NCBI GenBank assembly: GCA_965208675.1
Contig: OZ242351.1
Coordinates: 3,904,001 to 3,968,000, forward strand
Reading direction: 5' to 3'
DNA: 64,000 nt
Source of the DNA: Candidatus Poribacteria bacterium
Lineage (GTDB): Bacteria > Poribacteria > WGA-4E > PCPOR2b
Shown here in pieces: positions 10,741 through 21,407 of the stretch. The translations under genes and the position numbers were made by a program. How positions within the stretch are numbered: position 1 is the stretch's first letter; every line of letters starts with the position of its first letter. The notes under the pieces were generated by a model. The model was not told where the DNA came from and made no database searches. It worked only from the letters and a program-made list of their open reading frames with translations.

Positions 10741-11748
10741 GTGAAGAAACTGGGAAGTATTTGTTGCATTTTGCTTAGCGGGTTTGTACTCAACATCGTG
10801 TTCATCGGCTGCGGCGGAAAAGCAACCGGTGCTGACGGTACAGTGATTGCAGAATTTGAATGGGATGGCAAACATCATATTACCCTTGAAGAGATGATGG
10901 CGGAGATTGACGAACTCCCGGACTACAAAAAACGGCAGTACAAAGAGAAGCAGGAGCTCGAAGAATATATGACCCTCATGGCAGAGAGTCGGTTGATACT
11001 CTGTCTCGCAAAAGATCAAAATCTCGATGAAGATGCGGAGATTCTGGAAAAAGTCCACGATTATCTGCATGAATTGATGGTTGATAAGCTTACCGAACTC
11101 GAAGTTGACCAACAGCTAACAACAACTGAAGAGGACTTTAGGCTTTACTTTGAAGAGAATAAAGACAGATTTGTCGAACCTGAACAGGTACGGGGGATTG
11201 CCATAGCAGTTGCAAACAAAGCCCGCGCCGAGGAAGTGCTTCAGCAGATAAAAGACGGCAAAGATATCGTTGAAGTTTCTAAAGAACTAATAGACAGGGG
11301 CGAAATGGAAGGCCCAGGTTCAAACCCGGCGGACCCCGGCGCAACGGGATTCTTTTCGCGCCACTCTTATCCCGAAGAGGCGCAGCCTTTTGTTAAGGTG
11401 GCGTTCGATCTGGAGGTCGGCCAAACAAGCGATGAGATTATTGTTATCGAATTTGGGCGGCCGTATTACATGATTTTCCGCAAAGATGAACATAAACAAG
11501 AACGCCAACAAGAACTTGAGGAAGAATATGTGCGCCGCAACGTGGAAAGAGCTGTCGAACGCGACAAACGTAAACAACTGATGCAAGCATGGATAGAGCG
11601 GCTCCGCGAACGTGCGAAGGTTAAGACGTACATCGATCGAATTCCGGAGGCACCAAAGGAAGACGATGCCGACACGGAAACTGAAGCTGCTGAGGATGAT
11701 TCTTCTTCCGCCCACGATTCCATGGAAAGTAAGTCTGAGGAACAGTAA
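10741..11748 (+). CDS. SurA/PrsA-like lipoprotein with a degenerate parvulin domain; paralog of the upstream gene
   Basis: Lipobox-like IGC; colinear similarity to 9650..10651 (EFEWDG vs EYNWDG, GEMEGPG vs GELEGPG); GGAGG RBS and GTG start. Confidence 0.82.
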   Translation: MKKLGSICCILLSGFVLNIVFIGCGGKATGADGTVIAEFEWDGKHHITLEEMMAEIDELPDYKKRQYKEKQELEEYMTLMAESRLILCLAKDQNLDEDAEILEKVHDYLHELMVDKLTELEVDQQLTTTEEDFRLYFEENKDRFVEPEQVRGIAIAVANKARAEEVLQQIKDGKDIVEVSKELIDRGEMEGPGSNPADPGATGFFSRHSYPEEAQPFVKVAFDLEVGQTSDEIIVIEFGRPYYMIFRKDEHKQERQQELEEEYVRRNVERAVERDKRKQLMQAWIERLRERAKVKTYIDRIPEAPKEDDADTETEAAEDDSSSAHDSMESKSEEQ

Positions 11749-11843
11749 TGTGAGTCGGGTATTTGGCTTTAGGTGAGATCGAAACCTTTAGCGCCTATGC
11801 CCAACTCAAATTGCCAATTAGATTTTACGGAGGTACATCCTAT

Positions 11844-13160
11844 ATGCGCACTGCGAACTTGATTCGCCAAGCTCTCCTTATATTGTTTTATGTGGCAGTC
11901 GGGAACAACTCTCTGTTTGCGCGGACATTTGATGAAATTATCGCTTATGTCAACGACTCCGTAATAACCAAATGGGAACTCGAAAACGTCGTGAAACAAC
12001 GCGCAATGGAACTACAGACCGCACATCAATTCAGTCCACGCGAAGCTATGGAAAGAGCGGAACAAGAACGCCAAGAGCTGCTTGACCGTCTGATTCGCCA
12101 AATGCTCCTCGTAGAAACTGCATTGAGCTTGAAAATTGAGGTGACGGATGAGGAAGTGGAACAATACATCCAAAACTTTAAGAAAAATGCAAAAATTGAA
12201 ACAGAAGAGGAGTTCATAGAACAGCTGAAAAGAGAGGGATATACCCTGAGTGCCTTTCGAGAGCAAGCGAAGCGGAACCTAATGGCGGAGCGGCTTTTAA
12301 TGCAGCGTGTACTGCCAAAACTCCAGGTCAGAGATGCGGATGTCATGAAGTTTTTTGAAGAAAACCGGCAGCAATTTACAACGAAAACTGACGAGGTGCA
12401 TTTGAAACACATCTTCATCGCTTTCAAGGCTAGCGACGCCAAGCGGCAAGCCGCGCTTAAAGAGATGGACTCCATTCTTAACGAAATTGAAATGGGCAAG
12501 TCATTTGCCGAACTTGCCCGACGCTATACGGAGGATGAACAGGGTCAGGAGCGAGCTTCATCGAAAGTTGGCGAATTGATTCAGTGGCCGATAGCAGAGA
12601 TTTCGAATCTCTCCCAGCCATTCCGAATTGCACTTTCTTCACTAAACGCCGGCGATCTTAGCGATCCTATTGAAGGGAATGATGGAATTTATCTCTTCAA
12701 TATTGAAAGTAAGACTAACCAAACGATTTCGTTCCGTTATCTTGTAATCCATCTAAAACCAGGTGAAGAAGCTATTGAAAAAGCAAATGAACGCGCCAAT
12801 CTTGTTCTACAAGAATTACGTCAGGGCGCGGATTTCAAGACGCTCGTTAATCAATATACGGACGATTTGGAAACGAAATCAGATGGCGGCAATCTTGGTG
12901 TGCGTTCACTCAACGATTTGAATCCCAATACGCGGAAGGTCATTGAGGCACTTGCAGTTGGAGAATATAGCGCACCGCTCAAAACCGCCCATGGACTACA
13001 CATCTTCACGGTTGATTCTCGAACTGCTGTCGAACTTACTGAAGCGGAAAAAGAACAAATCCGTCTCGTGTTGCGTGAGCAAAAATTTCAAGAGGGTTGG
13101 CAGGCTTACACGGATACAATTTTGAAGGGTGCATACGTAAAAATCAATCCGATTAAATGA
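11844..13160 (+). CDS. surA: SurA-like chaperone/peptidyl-prolyl isomerase (SurA N-terminal domain plus two PpiC domains)
   Basis: DEIIAYVNDSVIT N-terminus, VHLKHIFI, GKSFAELARRY, GGNLG and HGLHIF. ATG at 11844 follows GGAGG. Confidence 0.75.
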   Translation: MRTANLIRQALLILFYVAVGNNSLFARTFDEIIAYVNDSVITKWELENVVKQRAMELQTAHQFSPREAMERAEQERQELLDRLIRQMLLVETALSLKIEVTDEEVEQYIQNFKKNAKIETEEEFIEQLKREGYTLSAFREQAKRNLMAERLLMQRVLPKLQVRDADVMKFFEENRQQFTTKTDEVHLKHIFIAFKASDAKRQAALKEMDSILNEIEMGKSFAELARRYTEDEQGQERASSKVGELIQWPIAEISNLSQPFRIALSSLNAGDLSDPIEGNDGIYLFNIESKTNQTISFRYLVIHLKPGEEAIEKANERANLVLQELRQGADFKTLVNQYTDDLETKSDGGNLGVRSLNDLNPNTRKVIEALAVGEYSAPLKTAHGLHIFTVDSRTAVELTEAEKEQIRLVLREQKFQEGWQAYTDTILKGAYVKINPIK

Positions 13161-13176
13161 AGAGAGAAGACACAGA

Positions 13177-16100
13177 ATGGAAGGGAGGGAAAGAAAGAGA
13201 CCCAAAACTGGAAGACTAAATAGCCAAGACGCAAATTGGATTTCACTTCCTAAATCTCCCGCTTTGCTGTATTCTCATTACGTTTTGTGCGTTACTGGCT
13301 ATGCATTACGTTTTACATCTCACGCATTATCAATTACTTTTCTCGCCTGTTTCTCGCTTGCATCTGTTTGTTCCTTGGCCGCCCAAGATAATCTCCCACC
13401 TGCCGCTGGCGGCGTTGATACCGCAACGGATGCAAAGAATCAATCCGAACCTTCTCCCGATATCCAAGAAACTTCCCTAGAAAAAGAGAAAAAGCGCAAG
13501 TCCCAACTGGATCCTGATAATACTACCCCTGAAGAAGGTAAAGTCATTGGTGATGGCGATGAGATTTTCGTCCAGGAGAATATTGTCCAGATTCACGGAA
13601 ATGGGCTAATCAAATTTGAGGACGTCGTGCTTCACGCAGACCATATTTGGGCGGATTTTGACGAAAATATTATGCGTGCGGCTGGCAACGTGCGTCTCAT
13701 TGTTGAAAATGAGGAAACGCATGCGAACGAATTAGTTTACAACCTTGACAACAAAAAAGGAGTTGTGCGGGAAGGATTTACATACAGCGATCCCTGGTAT
13801 TACCGTGGTACAGAAATCTTCAAGGTCGAAGCGGATGAATCCTACATCCGCGGCGGTTCACTCACGACCTGTTCCCTCAAACACCCTCATTTCTACTTTA
13901 GCGCCTCTAAAATCATCGTCAAAATTAACAAAGAATTAATAGCGAAAAACATTGTGCTGAAGGTGGGCGGCATCCCGCTCTTTTATTTCCCGGTCTACCG
14001 CCGTGATTTGCGCGAGGATAAAGTCGCTAAGGTGATTGTAAAACTTGGAACTGATAGCTATCAGGGGCCGTTTGTCAGCATCATTTTGCCCCTCGCGCGC
14101 CGGCAGCGGTATGATGGCGCGCTGCTGTTCGATCAGAGTGCACGCCGAGGCGGCGGTAGGGGATTCGAGGGAAAATATCGTGTCAATGACGTCAAATTTC
14201 AAGAGATTCTTGTCCCCATTCCCGATGATGCAACACCAACTGAACGCGCGAATCTTGAAGAAAAAGCCGAAGAGTTATCAGATCGATTGGAAGGCAAATA
14301 TGACAATTTTAAGATGCGCCAGATATTCTTGGAATACAAGATTAGCGACGACGACGTCGCACGGGCACATGAGGAAGCAAACGAAATCTACACACAACTC
14401 CAGGCGGAAGACGGCGATTTTGCCGAGATAGCTCAAAGCAGTTCTGACCATCAAGATACCCGTTATCAAGGCGGAAACATGGGTTTTCTGGTGCACGGAG
14501 AGCGGGACGAGGACGGCGAACTTAGGCTCAATCCAATTTTGGAAAACGCTGCTTTCCAGCTGCAACCCGGGGACATTAGCCCGATTTTGCAGACCGAAAC
14601 AGGGTTTCACATTTTAAAAGTAGAACGTGTCATTGAGGTGTACGGTGAACGGGAGATTCAGGTGCGTCGAATTGACATTGTGGTCGAACCAAGTGACGAA
14701 ACTCGAGAATCTATTCAAGCGACTGCGGATGAAATTCAGGAACGTGCAAGTGCTGGCGAGACGTTCGATCAGTTAGCTTCGGAATACGAAGAAGCAGAAG
14801 CAGCCAGAGTTAATCAAGGCGCGTGGATGCCATTAATTGAAATGGACAATCGTTGGCGGTATTCGGTGCGTCGGATGGAACACCCTGGTGAAATCACACC
14901 GCCAGTAAAAACCAACCTCGGGGTTTATATCTTCCAATTAATTGAAAAGCAGCCGACGCCTAGTTTTGAAGAGATTGCTAGCCAATTTGAAGCAGAATGG
15001 GCTGCTCTGCAAGCGGAAAAAGAGGTAATAGAAACCCGGGAAGACCCAGAGGAACAAGATGGGGCAGAACCAGAGGAGAACGGCGAACCTCAATCGGATA
15101 GCACACATGACGCAATACAGTATACGGAATCTGATAACACAGTAGATTCGACGGAAGCAGAAAACTTGGAAGAGGAAAACGGAGAAGAGGAAGCAAAAGT
15201 CTACGAGAAGTACGGCTTTCGTGGCAAGTGGGAAATGCCGCGGAATGTCGCTTCACAAACCCAACGGCTATATCGGGGCGAATCGAGCCGCGTTATCAAA
15301 ACAAAAAAAGGGTACCGCCTCGTCAAAGTTGATAGGAAACGCACTTTCAGGGGCGATTTGCTATTTCTCGCCGAAGACCAATATTCGTCTAATCGCAAAA
15401 AACCCTTCAGAACCGGACAAAAGTGGACCATGCGGTGGGGGCATAACCATGTCATTTATACCCCTTGGGATAGCCGAGCCAAAGGGCGGCGGCCTGTGAG
15501 TTGGGTGAGTCGCGTGCTATGGGGCGCGCGAACTTACAAAGAAGGATTAGGAGAGAACGAATCGACCATTGACTCCTTTTCTGTGGTGACATGGGGTTCC
15601 GCTTTGTCTGCTGTAGATAATAAAGATTATGACGAGGACGGCAATTTGACATTTTCACGGGAGACCATCGGGGAGTTCTTGGGGCGTTTACAGGTGAATC
15701 ACACCTTAGATCTCACAGGAGAAGGGACAACAACCCTGCAAAAACTGCCTGCATTCACAGTCTCACTGTCGCGAATGCGCTTCAATCGGTTGCCGTTGTT
15801 CAAATCGCTCAATTCTGGTCTAACCTGGATTGCTGATAAATTGCGCACTGACCGTCCAATCCTTTCAATGGTCTCTTTTCCTACGCTTGAAAACACCAGC
15901 TTTGATTTCGACACCGCCTTGGGCAACTTCTACCGGGAACGATATAGGGATGAGGAAGATGTGTTCTTGCAGACGATGGATCTCGGCTTTGATTTGCGGA
16001 AACAATCGACATCACAAATTATGCCTAACCGTGAGTTATTGCTCGATGTAACGCTGCAAAGCAACATGATTTGGCACTCCAAAGACCGAGCTGGCAACCA

Positions 16101-17004
16101 AAATATCTTGCGTGGTGTTTACAGCACACGAGCCACCGCGAGCAATACGCTCTTTCGAATCTATGACATCGGCTTTATTCCTGGCGTACGCCGCATGCGG
16201 CATCAAATTGATTCGAGTCTCAAATTAAATTATCAACCGCCTGTTGAAAGGGAGGAAGATGACCTTTACCCGTTTGGCCCCAGTACTCACTTCTTTGAAA
16301 GAAAGAGTCTTGCCTATGTTTTCCGTACGAGCATTGAAGTGAAGACGCGCCGCAGCAAATCTGCGCTCCGACTTCTGGACTTCACAACTCGACTAAGAGC
16401 AGACTTTTCCGAACGCGCCAAGGAGAGAAATCGAGAATTCGACCTGATTGAAAGCGATTTAAGGATTACTCCGCTGGCGAGCCGTAAGATGACAATTACA
16501 ATGCGCACAACCCACAATCCTAATGAATCAGAGATTGGCGGGGAACGATTCAAAATGGTCGGTTTTCGAACAAATCTCAGATACCGGCGAACAACGTGGC
16601 ATTTTTCATTGGGGAGTTCGTTCAATAAGAGGACAACACGTGCCAGACGGGATTACACGGCGAGTTGGAGTTACCGGCCAAATAGGCTCGTGGAGTTTGA
16701 CTTCAACCTAATTTATGATTGGATTGAACAACAGTTCTATTCGCAAAGTATCGCGGTTCGGCGGAATCTCCATGACTGGAATCTGACCATACGGTGGAAT
16801 CGCCGCGGCATCAGGCGCGGTACAGATTCTGACAATGTCCGTCAAGATTTCATCTTTCAGATTAACCTAATCGAAGAATCTGCGGCTTCGGTTGGACTTG
16901 GGTATGATGCGACAACGGACACGTGGGGCTTCCGAAGTCTGCCCGCAGGCGTGCCCTATAATGCCTTTAGCGCTGGAACGACGCTTGGACGTTCTTATTT
17001 TTAA
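13177..17004 (+). CDS. LptD-like LPS-assembly outer-membrane protein with internal parvulin PPIase domains
   Basis: OstA-like N-domain (LHADHI...AAGNV...TTCSLKHPHF...GGIPLFYFP), beta-strand-rich C-terminal half ending in F, and PpiC motifs (GGNMGFL...AAFQLQPGDISPILQTETGFHILKV). Start codon is uncertain. Confidence 0.78.
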   Translation: MEGRERKRPKTGRLNSQDANWISLPKSPALLYSHYVLCVTGYALRFTSHALSITFLACFSLASVCSLAAQDNLPPAAGGVDTATDAKNQSEPSPDIQETSLEKEKKRKSQLDPDNTTPEEGKVIGDGDEIFVQENIVQIHGNGLIKFEDVVLHADHIWADFDENIMRAAGNVRLIVENEETHANELVYNLDNKKGVVREGFTYSDPWYYRGTEIFKVEADESYIRGGSLTTCSLKHPHFYFSASKIIVKINKELIAKNIVLKVGGIPLFYFPVYRRDLREDKVAKVIVKLGTDSYQGPFVSIILPLARRQRYDGALLFDQSARRGGGRGFEGKYRVNDVKFQEILVPIPDDATPTERANLEEKAEELSDRLEGKYDNFKMRQIFLEYKISDDDVARAHEEANEIYTQLQAEDGDFAEIAQSSSDHQDTRYQGGNMGFLVHGERDEDGELRLNPILENAAFQLQPGDISPILQTETGFHILKVERVIEVYGEREIQVRRIDIVVEPSDETRESIQATADEIQERASAGETFDQLASEYEEAEAARVNQGAWMPLIEMDNRWRYSVRRMEHPGEITPPVKTNLGVYIFQLIEKQPTPSFEEIASQFEAEWAALQAEKEVIETREDPEEQDGAEPEENGEPQSDSTHDAIQYTESDNTVDSTEAENLEEENGEEEAKVYEKYGFRGKWEMPRNVASQTQRLYRGESSRVIKTKKGYRLVKVDRKRTFRGDLLFLAEDQYSSNRKKPFRTGQKWTMRWGHNHVIYTPWDSRAKGRRPVSWVSRVLWGARTYKEGLGENESTIDSFSVVTWGSALSAVDNKDYDEDGNLTFSRETIGEFLGRLQVNHTLDLTGEGTTTLQKLPAFTVSLSRMRFNRLPLFKSLNSGLTWIADKLRTDRPILSMVSFPTLENTSFDFDTALGNFYRERYRDEEDVFLQTMDLGFDLRKQSTSQIMPNRELLLDVTLQSNMIWHSKDRAGNQNILRGVYSTRATASNTLFRIYDIGFIPGVRRMRHQIDSSLKLNYQPPVEREEDDLYPFGPSTHFFERKSLAYVFRTSIEVKTRRSKSALRLLDFTTRLRADFSERAKERNREFDLIESDLRITPLASRKMTITMRTTHNPNESEIGGERFKMVGFRTNLRYRRTTWHFSLGSSFNKRTTRARRDYTASWSYRPNRLVEFDFNLIYDWIEQQFYSQSIAVRRNLHDWNLTIRWNRRGIRRGTDSDNVRQDFIFQINLIEESAASVGLGYDATTDTWGFRSLPAGVPYNAFSAGTTLGRSYF

Positions 17005-17210
17005 GGGCAAAGAACCTCAACAATTTCTTCTTACCCTCTATTCCATGTGCTTACTCACGTCCCATAATTTACCATACTAGTCTTTATTGTTTGAATTTTC
17101 AAATCAGTCAAGGCTACTTGTTGTTACCCTAGAACTTGTGATATAATCCCACCCGGTAAAACCAAGCTACCGTATTCAAGTCAGATTCATGTAGTGAGGA
17201 GAAATCAACG

Positions 17211-17834
17211 ATGATTAATACACTCGTATTTGCCGGCGGGTCTTTGCATGACTGGCAAGGTTGTAGTGAAGCAATCATTGAAATTTTATCCCGGTGTGAT
17301 GAATTTAAAATCACCAAAATCGAAGAGGATCTTGATGCCCTCACCGCTCCTCGGTTGGCCCCTTACGACCTCATCGTTTTCTATTATACTCTTGGCGAAA
17401 TGTCGGACGCCCAGAAAAACGGGTTGTTAAACCACATTGCTTCGGGAAAAGGCTTCGCGGGTGTGCATTGTGCCGCCGATTCGTTCAGAGAGTGCCCGGA
17501 GTATCGGGCGATGATTGGAGGGCATTTCGTCACGCATCCCCGTTACCGGGAGTACCAGGTGAACGTCTCAGATACTACGCACCCGATTACATCGGGCATT
17601 GAAGAATTCATGGTTACGGATGAGCAGTATATTTTAGACTACGATTCACGCGTTAATGTACTCGCCGCGGGGTTGAGTAAGGGCGGCACGATGCCTGTCG
17701 TTTGGACCAAAATCTGGGGGGAAGGACGTGTCTTCTATCTTGCTCTGGGGCATGACGCTAAAGCCTGTGGTCAAGAGATATTCGGAACGCTTCTACTGCG
17801 CGGCGCGCTCTGGGCAGCCGCACGGAGCGAATAA
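17211..17834 (+). CDS. ThuA-like (GATase-fold) domain protein
   Basis: GKGFAGVHCAADSF, GGHFVTHP and GEGRVFYLALGHD motifs. Confidence 0.88.
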   Translation: MINTLVFAGGSLHDWQGCSEAIIEILSRCDEFKITKIEEDLDALTAPRLAPYDLIVFYYTLGEMSDAQKNGLLNHIASGKGFAGVHCAADSFRECPEYRAMIGGHFVTHPRYREYQVNVSDTTHPITSGIEEFMVTDEQYILDYDSRVNVLAAGLSKGGTMPVVWTKIWGEGRVFYLALGHDAKACGQEIFGTLLLRGALWAAARSE

Positions 17835-18464
17835 ATGAAAAAGCAGATTACCGATATCCAGATTGATGCAAAAAAACCTGACCGATGCACGCTGTTTCTC
17901 GATCGTCGTCAGTTTGGAGTCGTCGATTCAAGTTTAATTACAGCACTCGGTTTGCGAATAGGCCTGGAAATTGAGGCGCAAGTGCTTCAAAAATTAATTG
18001 AAGCGGCTGGAGTCACAGAAACCAAGAACTTCATTCTTGATCTCCTGCGAAACCAATCCTATAGCAAACAACAGTTAATTGATTTGCTCGGGCGAAGGGA
18101 ATGCAGCGAAAGAACTATTGATACCGCCCTGGCGGAACTGGAGGAGCTGGGCGTCGTTAAGGGCGAGAACTATGCACGGAGCTGGGTTAATCGTCGTCTG
18201 CGCTTTAAGCCGCGCGGCAAAAGGGTACTGAAGCGCGAATTGGTAAGCAAGGGGATTGACCAAACTACCGCTGACTGTGTCCTTGACACGATAGATGATA
18301 AGGACGAATCTGGGATGGCGTTAAAAGCCGCACGAAAGCAGGCGGTGCATTACAAGTCCCTTTTACCGCATGTAGCCAAACGACGCATGCACGATTTTCT
18401 ACTAAGGCGTGGATTTGACGTTGATACAATTCAGCGAGTTATCAATCAAGTGTTAAAAAACTAG
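17835..18464 (+). CDS. recX: Regulatory protein RecX
   Basis: RecX three-helix repeats (YARSWV...PRGKRVLKRELVSKGI...FLLRRGF) with a Firmicutes-type N-terminal extension. Confidence 0.88.
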   Translation: MKKQITDIQIDAKKPDRCTLFLDRRQFGVVDSSLITALGLRIGLEIEAQVLQKLIEAAGVTETKNFILDLLRNQSYSKQQLIDLLGRRECSERTIDTALAELEELGVVKGENYARSWVNRRLRFKPRGKRVLKRELVSKGIDQTTADCVLDTIDDKDESGMALKAARKQAVHYKSLLPHVAKRRMHDFLLRRGFDVDTIQRVINQVLKN

Positions 18465-18583
18465 TATTGGACACGTAGCATAGAACCGACGCCTGTAATG
18501 CCGACTCATCCTTACATAGTCCGCTCCGACACTCGAGCGGCATCGGAGTGAGATTTTCCGGCTACTGAATATCCCGAAACCGC

Positions 18584-20218
18584 TTAAAACATAGAAAAAT
18601 CTATCTCTTTGGCGGTTATGAATTCCAGCAAGGCTGGAACACCTTCCTTAGTTTTCTGAATTCCTCGTTTGATCGCGGGGACGATTTCATCAGGTGTAGT
18701 TACCCGTTCCCCATAACCGCCGAAGCACCTCGCCATATCTGCATAATGACCGGAAATATCCGTGCTGCGGAATTTCTCCGTAGAAACCGGCATCACCGGC
18801 AATTCAATCGCCATTGAGAAGTTATTGAACAGCAGCGAAAGGATGGGAATCTGCTCCCTCACTGCGGTTTCGAAGTCCATCCCTGTAAAACCGATGGCAG
18901 CATCGCCCCAGACGTTGATGCACAGTTTGTCTGGGCTGGCTAGCTTGGCACCCATTGCTAGTCCGAGGCCGTAACCCAATTGCGTGGTTTTGCCCCAGCC
19001 GATGTAGGAAAGCGGCGTGACCGATTTCCAGAAGGGGGAAAGCTGATCACGGGGGCTTCCCGCGTCGTGTGTGATAATGGTATTTGCCGCATCTACGGTG
19101 TGCATCAAGTCCCAGATTACTCGATAAGGAGAAAGTGGAATTTCGTTAGCGGTAAGCTTGTGTTTCCATTGCGCAAGCCATTCTGCTTTGATGGCATTTA
19201 TCTGCTGCGCTACTCGATTGAAATGGCCGCGGGGCTTACCGCCCAAGCGCTCATGGATTTCGGCAACCAATGCTTCCAGAACCAGACGGGCGTCCCCCAC
19301 TAAAGCGTGTTTCACAGCCAGATCTTTGTTGATGTCCGCAGGGTCCAGCGTTGCGTGAATAATGGCTTTGTCCGTCGGTATGCGCACACCATAACTCGTG
19401 GCGGCGAAGCTGCATCCGATACCGAAAATTACATCGGCGTTATGCAAAAAGTCATGCACGGTTTTTGGGATAGAACGCCCGCCAGAACCTAGTGATAGAG
19501 GATGAGATTCTGGGAAGGCGCTCTTGCCGGCAAGGCTGGTGGTCACCGGCGCTTCCAAGATTTCCGATAATGCTCGTAAGGCCTCCCATCCTTTAGCGTA
19601 ATGGACGCCTTGCCCTGCGTAGATTACCGGATGATTCGCATCCAGCAATGCGCTGGCTACGTCACGTATCATATGCGGGTCTGGGCCAGAACGCAAATTT
19701 GGTGTAGGAAAATATTGTAAGGGGCCAGAGAGCCCTTCCTGAAACACATCGCTGGGAATTTCTACCACCGCTGGACGAGGACGCCCATTTCGCACCTGGG
19801 TAAAGGCTCGCCGCAATGCTTCCGGTACGGCCTGAGGCAGAGTAACCTGTTCGCAGGTTTTGGTAATGTGGTGGTAATTGATGAAGGAGTTAAAGTTGGG
19901 TGGTGTGTTAGTCAGGGAACGCGAGTAGCCCATCGGTATGACGACGATTGGGACGGAATCCCCATACGCCTGGGCAATTCCGCCAAAAGCATTCTCCGAT
20001 CCTGGCCCGCTTTGCATGCAAAATACGCCAATCTGTTCACCGGAGGTTACCCGGCTGAAGCCATCAGCCATGTGCAGACCAACCCGTTCTTGGCGTACAA
20101 TGATCGGGCGGATTCCTAACTTCGCCGCGGCTTCAATAATTGGGTTGACCGGGTAGGCAAATAGATACTTCACACCTTCCCGCTTTAGAATTTCAGCAAT
20201 AGCATCAGCTACGTTCAT
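18584..20218 (-). CDS. Thiamine pyrophosphate-requiring enzyme (acetolactate synthase-like family)
   Basis: RQERVGLHMADG, PGRPRP-like RNGRPRP and the TPP motif GDAAIG...NN. Confidence 0.92.
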   Translation of the reverse strand: MNVADAIAEILKREGVKYLFAYPVNPIIEAAAKLGIRPIIVRQERVGLHMADGFSRVTSGEQIGVFCMQSGPGSENAFGGIAQAYGDSVPIVVIPMGYSRSLTNTPPNFNSFINYHHITKTCEQVTLPQAVPEALRRAFTQVRNGRPRPAVVEIPSDVFQEGLSGPLQYFPTPNLRSGPDPHMIRDVASALLDANHPVIYAGQGVHYAKGWEALRALSEILEAPVTTSLAGKSAFPESHPLSLGSGGRSIPKTVHDFLHNADVIFGIGCSFAATSYGVRIPTDKAIIHATLDPADINKDLAVKHALVGDARLVLEALVAEIHERLGGKPRGHFNRVAQQINAIKAEWLAQWKHKLTANEIPLSPYRVIWDLMHTVDAANTIITHDAGSPRDQLSPFWKSVTPLSYIGWGKTTQLGYGLGLAMGAKLASPDKLCINVWGDAAIGFTGMDFETAVREQIPILSLLFNNFSMAIELPVMPVSTEKFRSTDISGHYADMARCFGGYGERVTTPDEIVPAIKRGIQKTKEGVPALLEFITAKEIDFSMF

Positions 20219-20315
20219 GCCGTTTCTCCCATTTTGGGAAATGAACCACCCTTCATACGAATTTTGGCATTTTCTAGAGTTTCAAATCCGCAACGTTCAA
20301 ATATACTAACAAAGT

Positions 20316-21152
20316 TCATTGGCTGACGAAGAAAGGGTTATGTTTTTTTTCTTCTCCAACTGTTGTTGGAGGGCCGTGACCGGGGAAGAGTTTCACATCA
20401 TCGGGAAGCGAGAGAAGATGGTTCTGAACGCTTGAAAGTTCTTGCCGGTACGAAATATTCGGACCTCCCACCGAACCCGCAAAAATTGCGTCGCCGACAA
20501 TCGCCGTGGAGCGTGTGTAAAAACTGCAGCCGCCGGGCGTGTGTCCGGGGGTGTCAAGTGTTTCCACCGTTAGATTGCCAACGCTTACTACATCGCCATG
20601 CTTCAGCAATCTCAGTTGTTGGCTGCTTTGAGGTATCGGCTCATTCGCGTGGATATAAGTTGGGCAACCCGTTGCGTTTTCAATTGACGGCAACCCGTCC
20701 GCGTGATCGCTGTGCGCGTGCGTCAACAAGATTACTGTCGCGGTAACTCCAATGTCCTGAATTTTTTGGAGGATGACATCCGGATGCGCAGCCGTATCGA
20801 TTATTGCTGCGTCATTAGTTGCGTTGCAAACCAAAATATAAGCGTTTACCGGATAACCGCCAACATTTGCGCTGACGGTGACCACTTCCAAAGCATCGTC
20901 ATATCCCGGTTGAACAGGTTCTGGTACCCAGCGTTCCATCGCAATGTCAACCAATTTTGCGCCGTCCAGGTTTAGCGCTCGGGCGATTTTGTGAGTTTGA
21001 TTTTCTGTTGGCTTTAGGGTGTAGTCTTCCATCTGTGACAATTGTGCCTCGGTGAGATCGGTTGCGTCGGCGATTTGAGCGGTGCTTAAACCTAGGCCTC
21101 GCCTCGCTTTGCCGATGATATCTCCAAATTCATCTTCAAGTGCATAAGCCAT
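20316..21152 (-). CDS. MBL-fold metallo-hydrolase with an N-terminal XRE-type HTH
   Basis: THAHSDH, GHTPGG, GD and PGHG motifs; N-terminal IGKARRGLGLS...HTH. ATG at 21152 follows AAGGAGG. Confidence 0.88.
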   Translation of the reverse strand: MAYALEDEFGDIIGKARRGLGLSTAQIADATDLTEAQLSQMEDYTLKPTENQTHKIARALNLDGAKLVDIAMERWVPEPVQPGYDDALEVVTVSANVGGYPVNAYILVCNATNDAAIIDTAAHPDVILQKIQDIGVTATVILLTHAHSDHADGLPSIENATGCPTYIHANEPIPQSSQQLRLLKHGDVVSVGNLTVETLDTPGHTPGGCSFYTRSTAIVGDAIFAGSVGGPNISYRQELSSVQNHLLSLPDDVKLFPGHGPPTTVGEEKKHNPFFVSQ

Positions 21153-21315
21153 AATGTGTTCTCCTCCTTCGTTGAAAATTTGGAAAAGTAGTGTAACACG
21201 AAACGATACGATGAACAACTTCAAAATGCCGCTTTCCGGGATAACAACAAGCCGTGCTTTCCAAACCGGTGGAAATGTCCCTTCCTACACATCGCTATGC
21301 CCATTGCAAATCTGC

Positions 21316-21344
21316 TTGACACGCAAAATACCGACAGTTAAAAT
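21316..21344 (+). promoter_or_regulatory. Putative sigma70 promoter for the FmdB-like gene
   Basis: TTGACA-N17-TAAAAT, 64 nt upstream of the ATG at 21408. Confidence 0.6.
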
Positions 21345-21407
21345 ATATCGGCTTGCCGGAGTTTTGCAAGATTCACGGCAGAGGCAGTGCACGGAGGAAT
21401 TTAGCGT

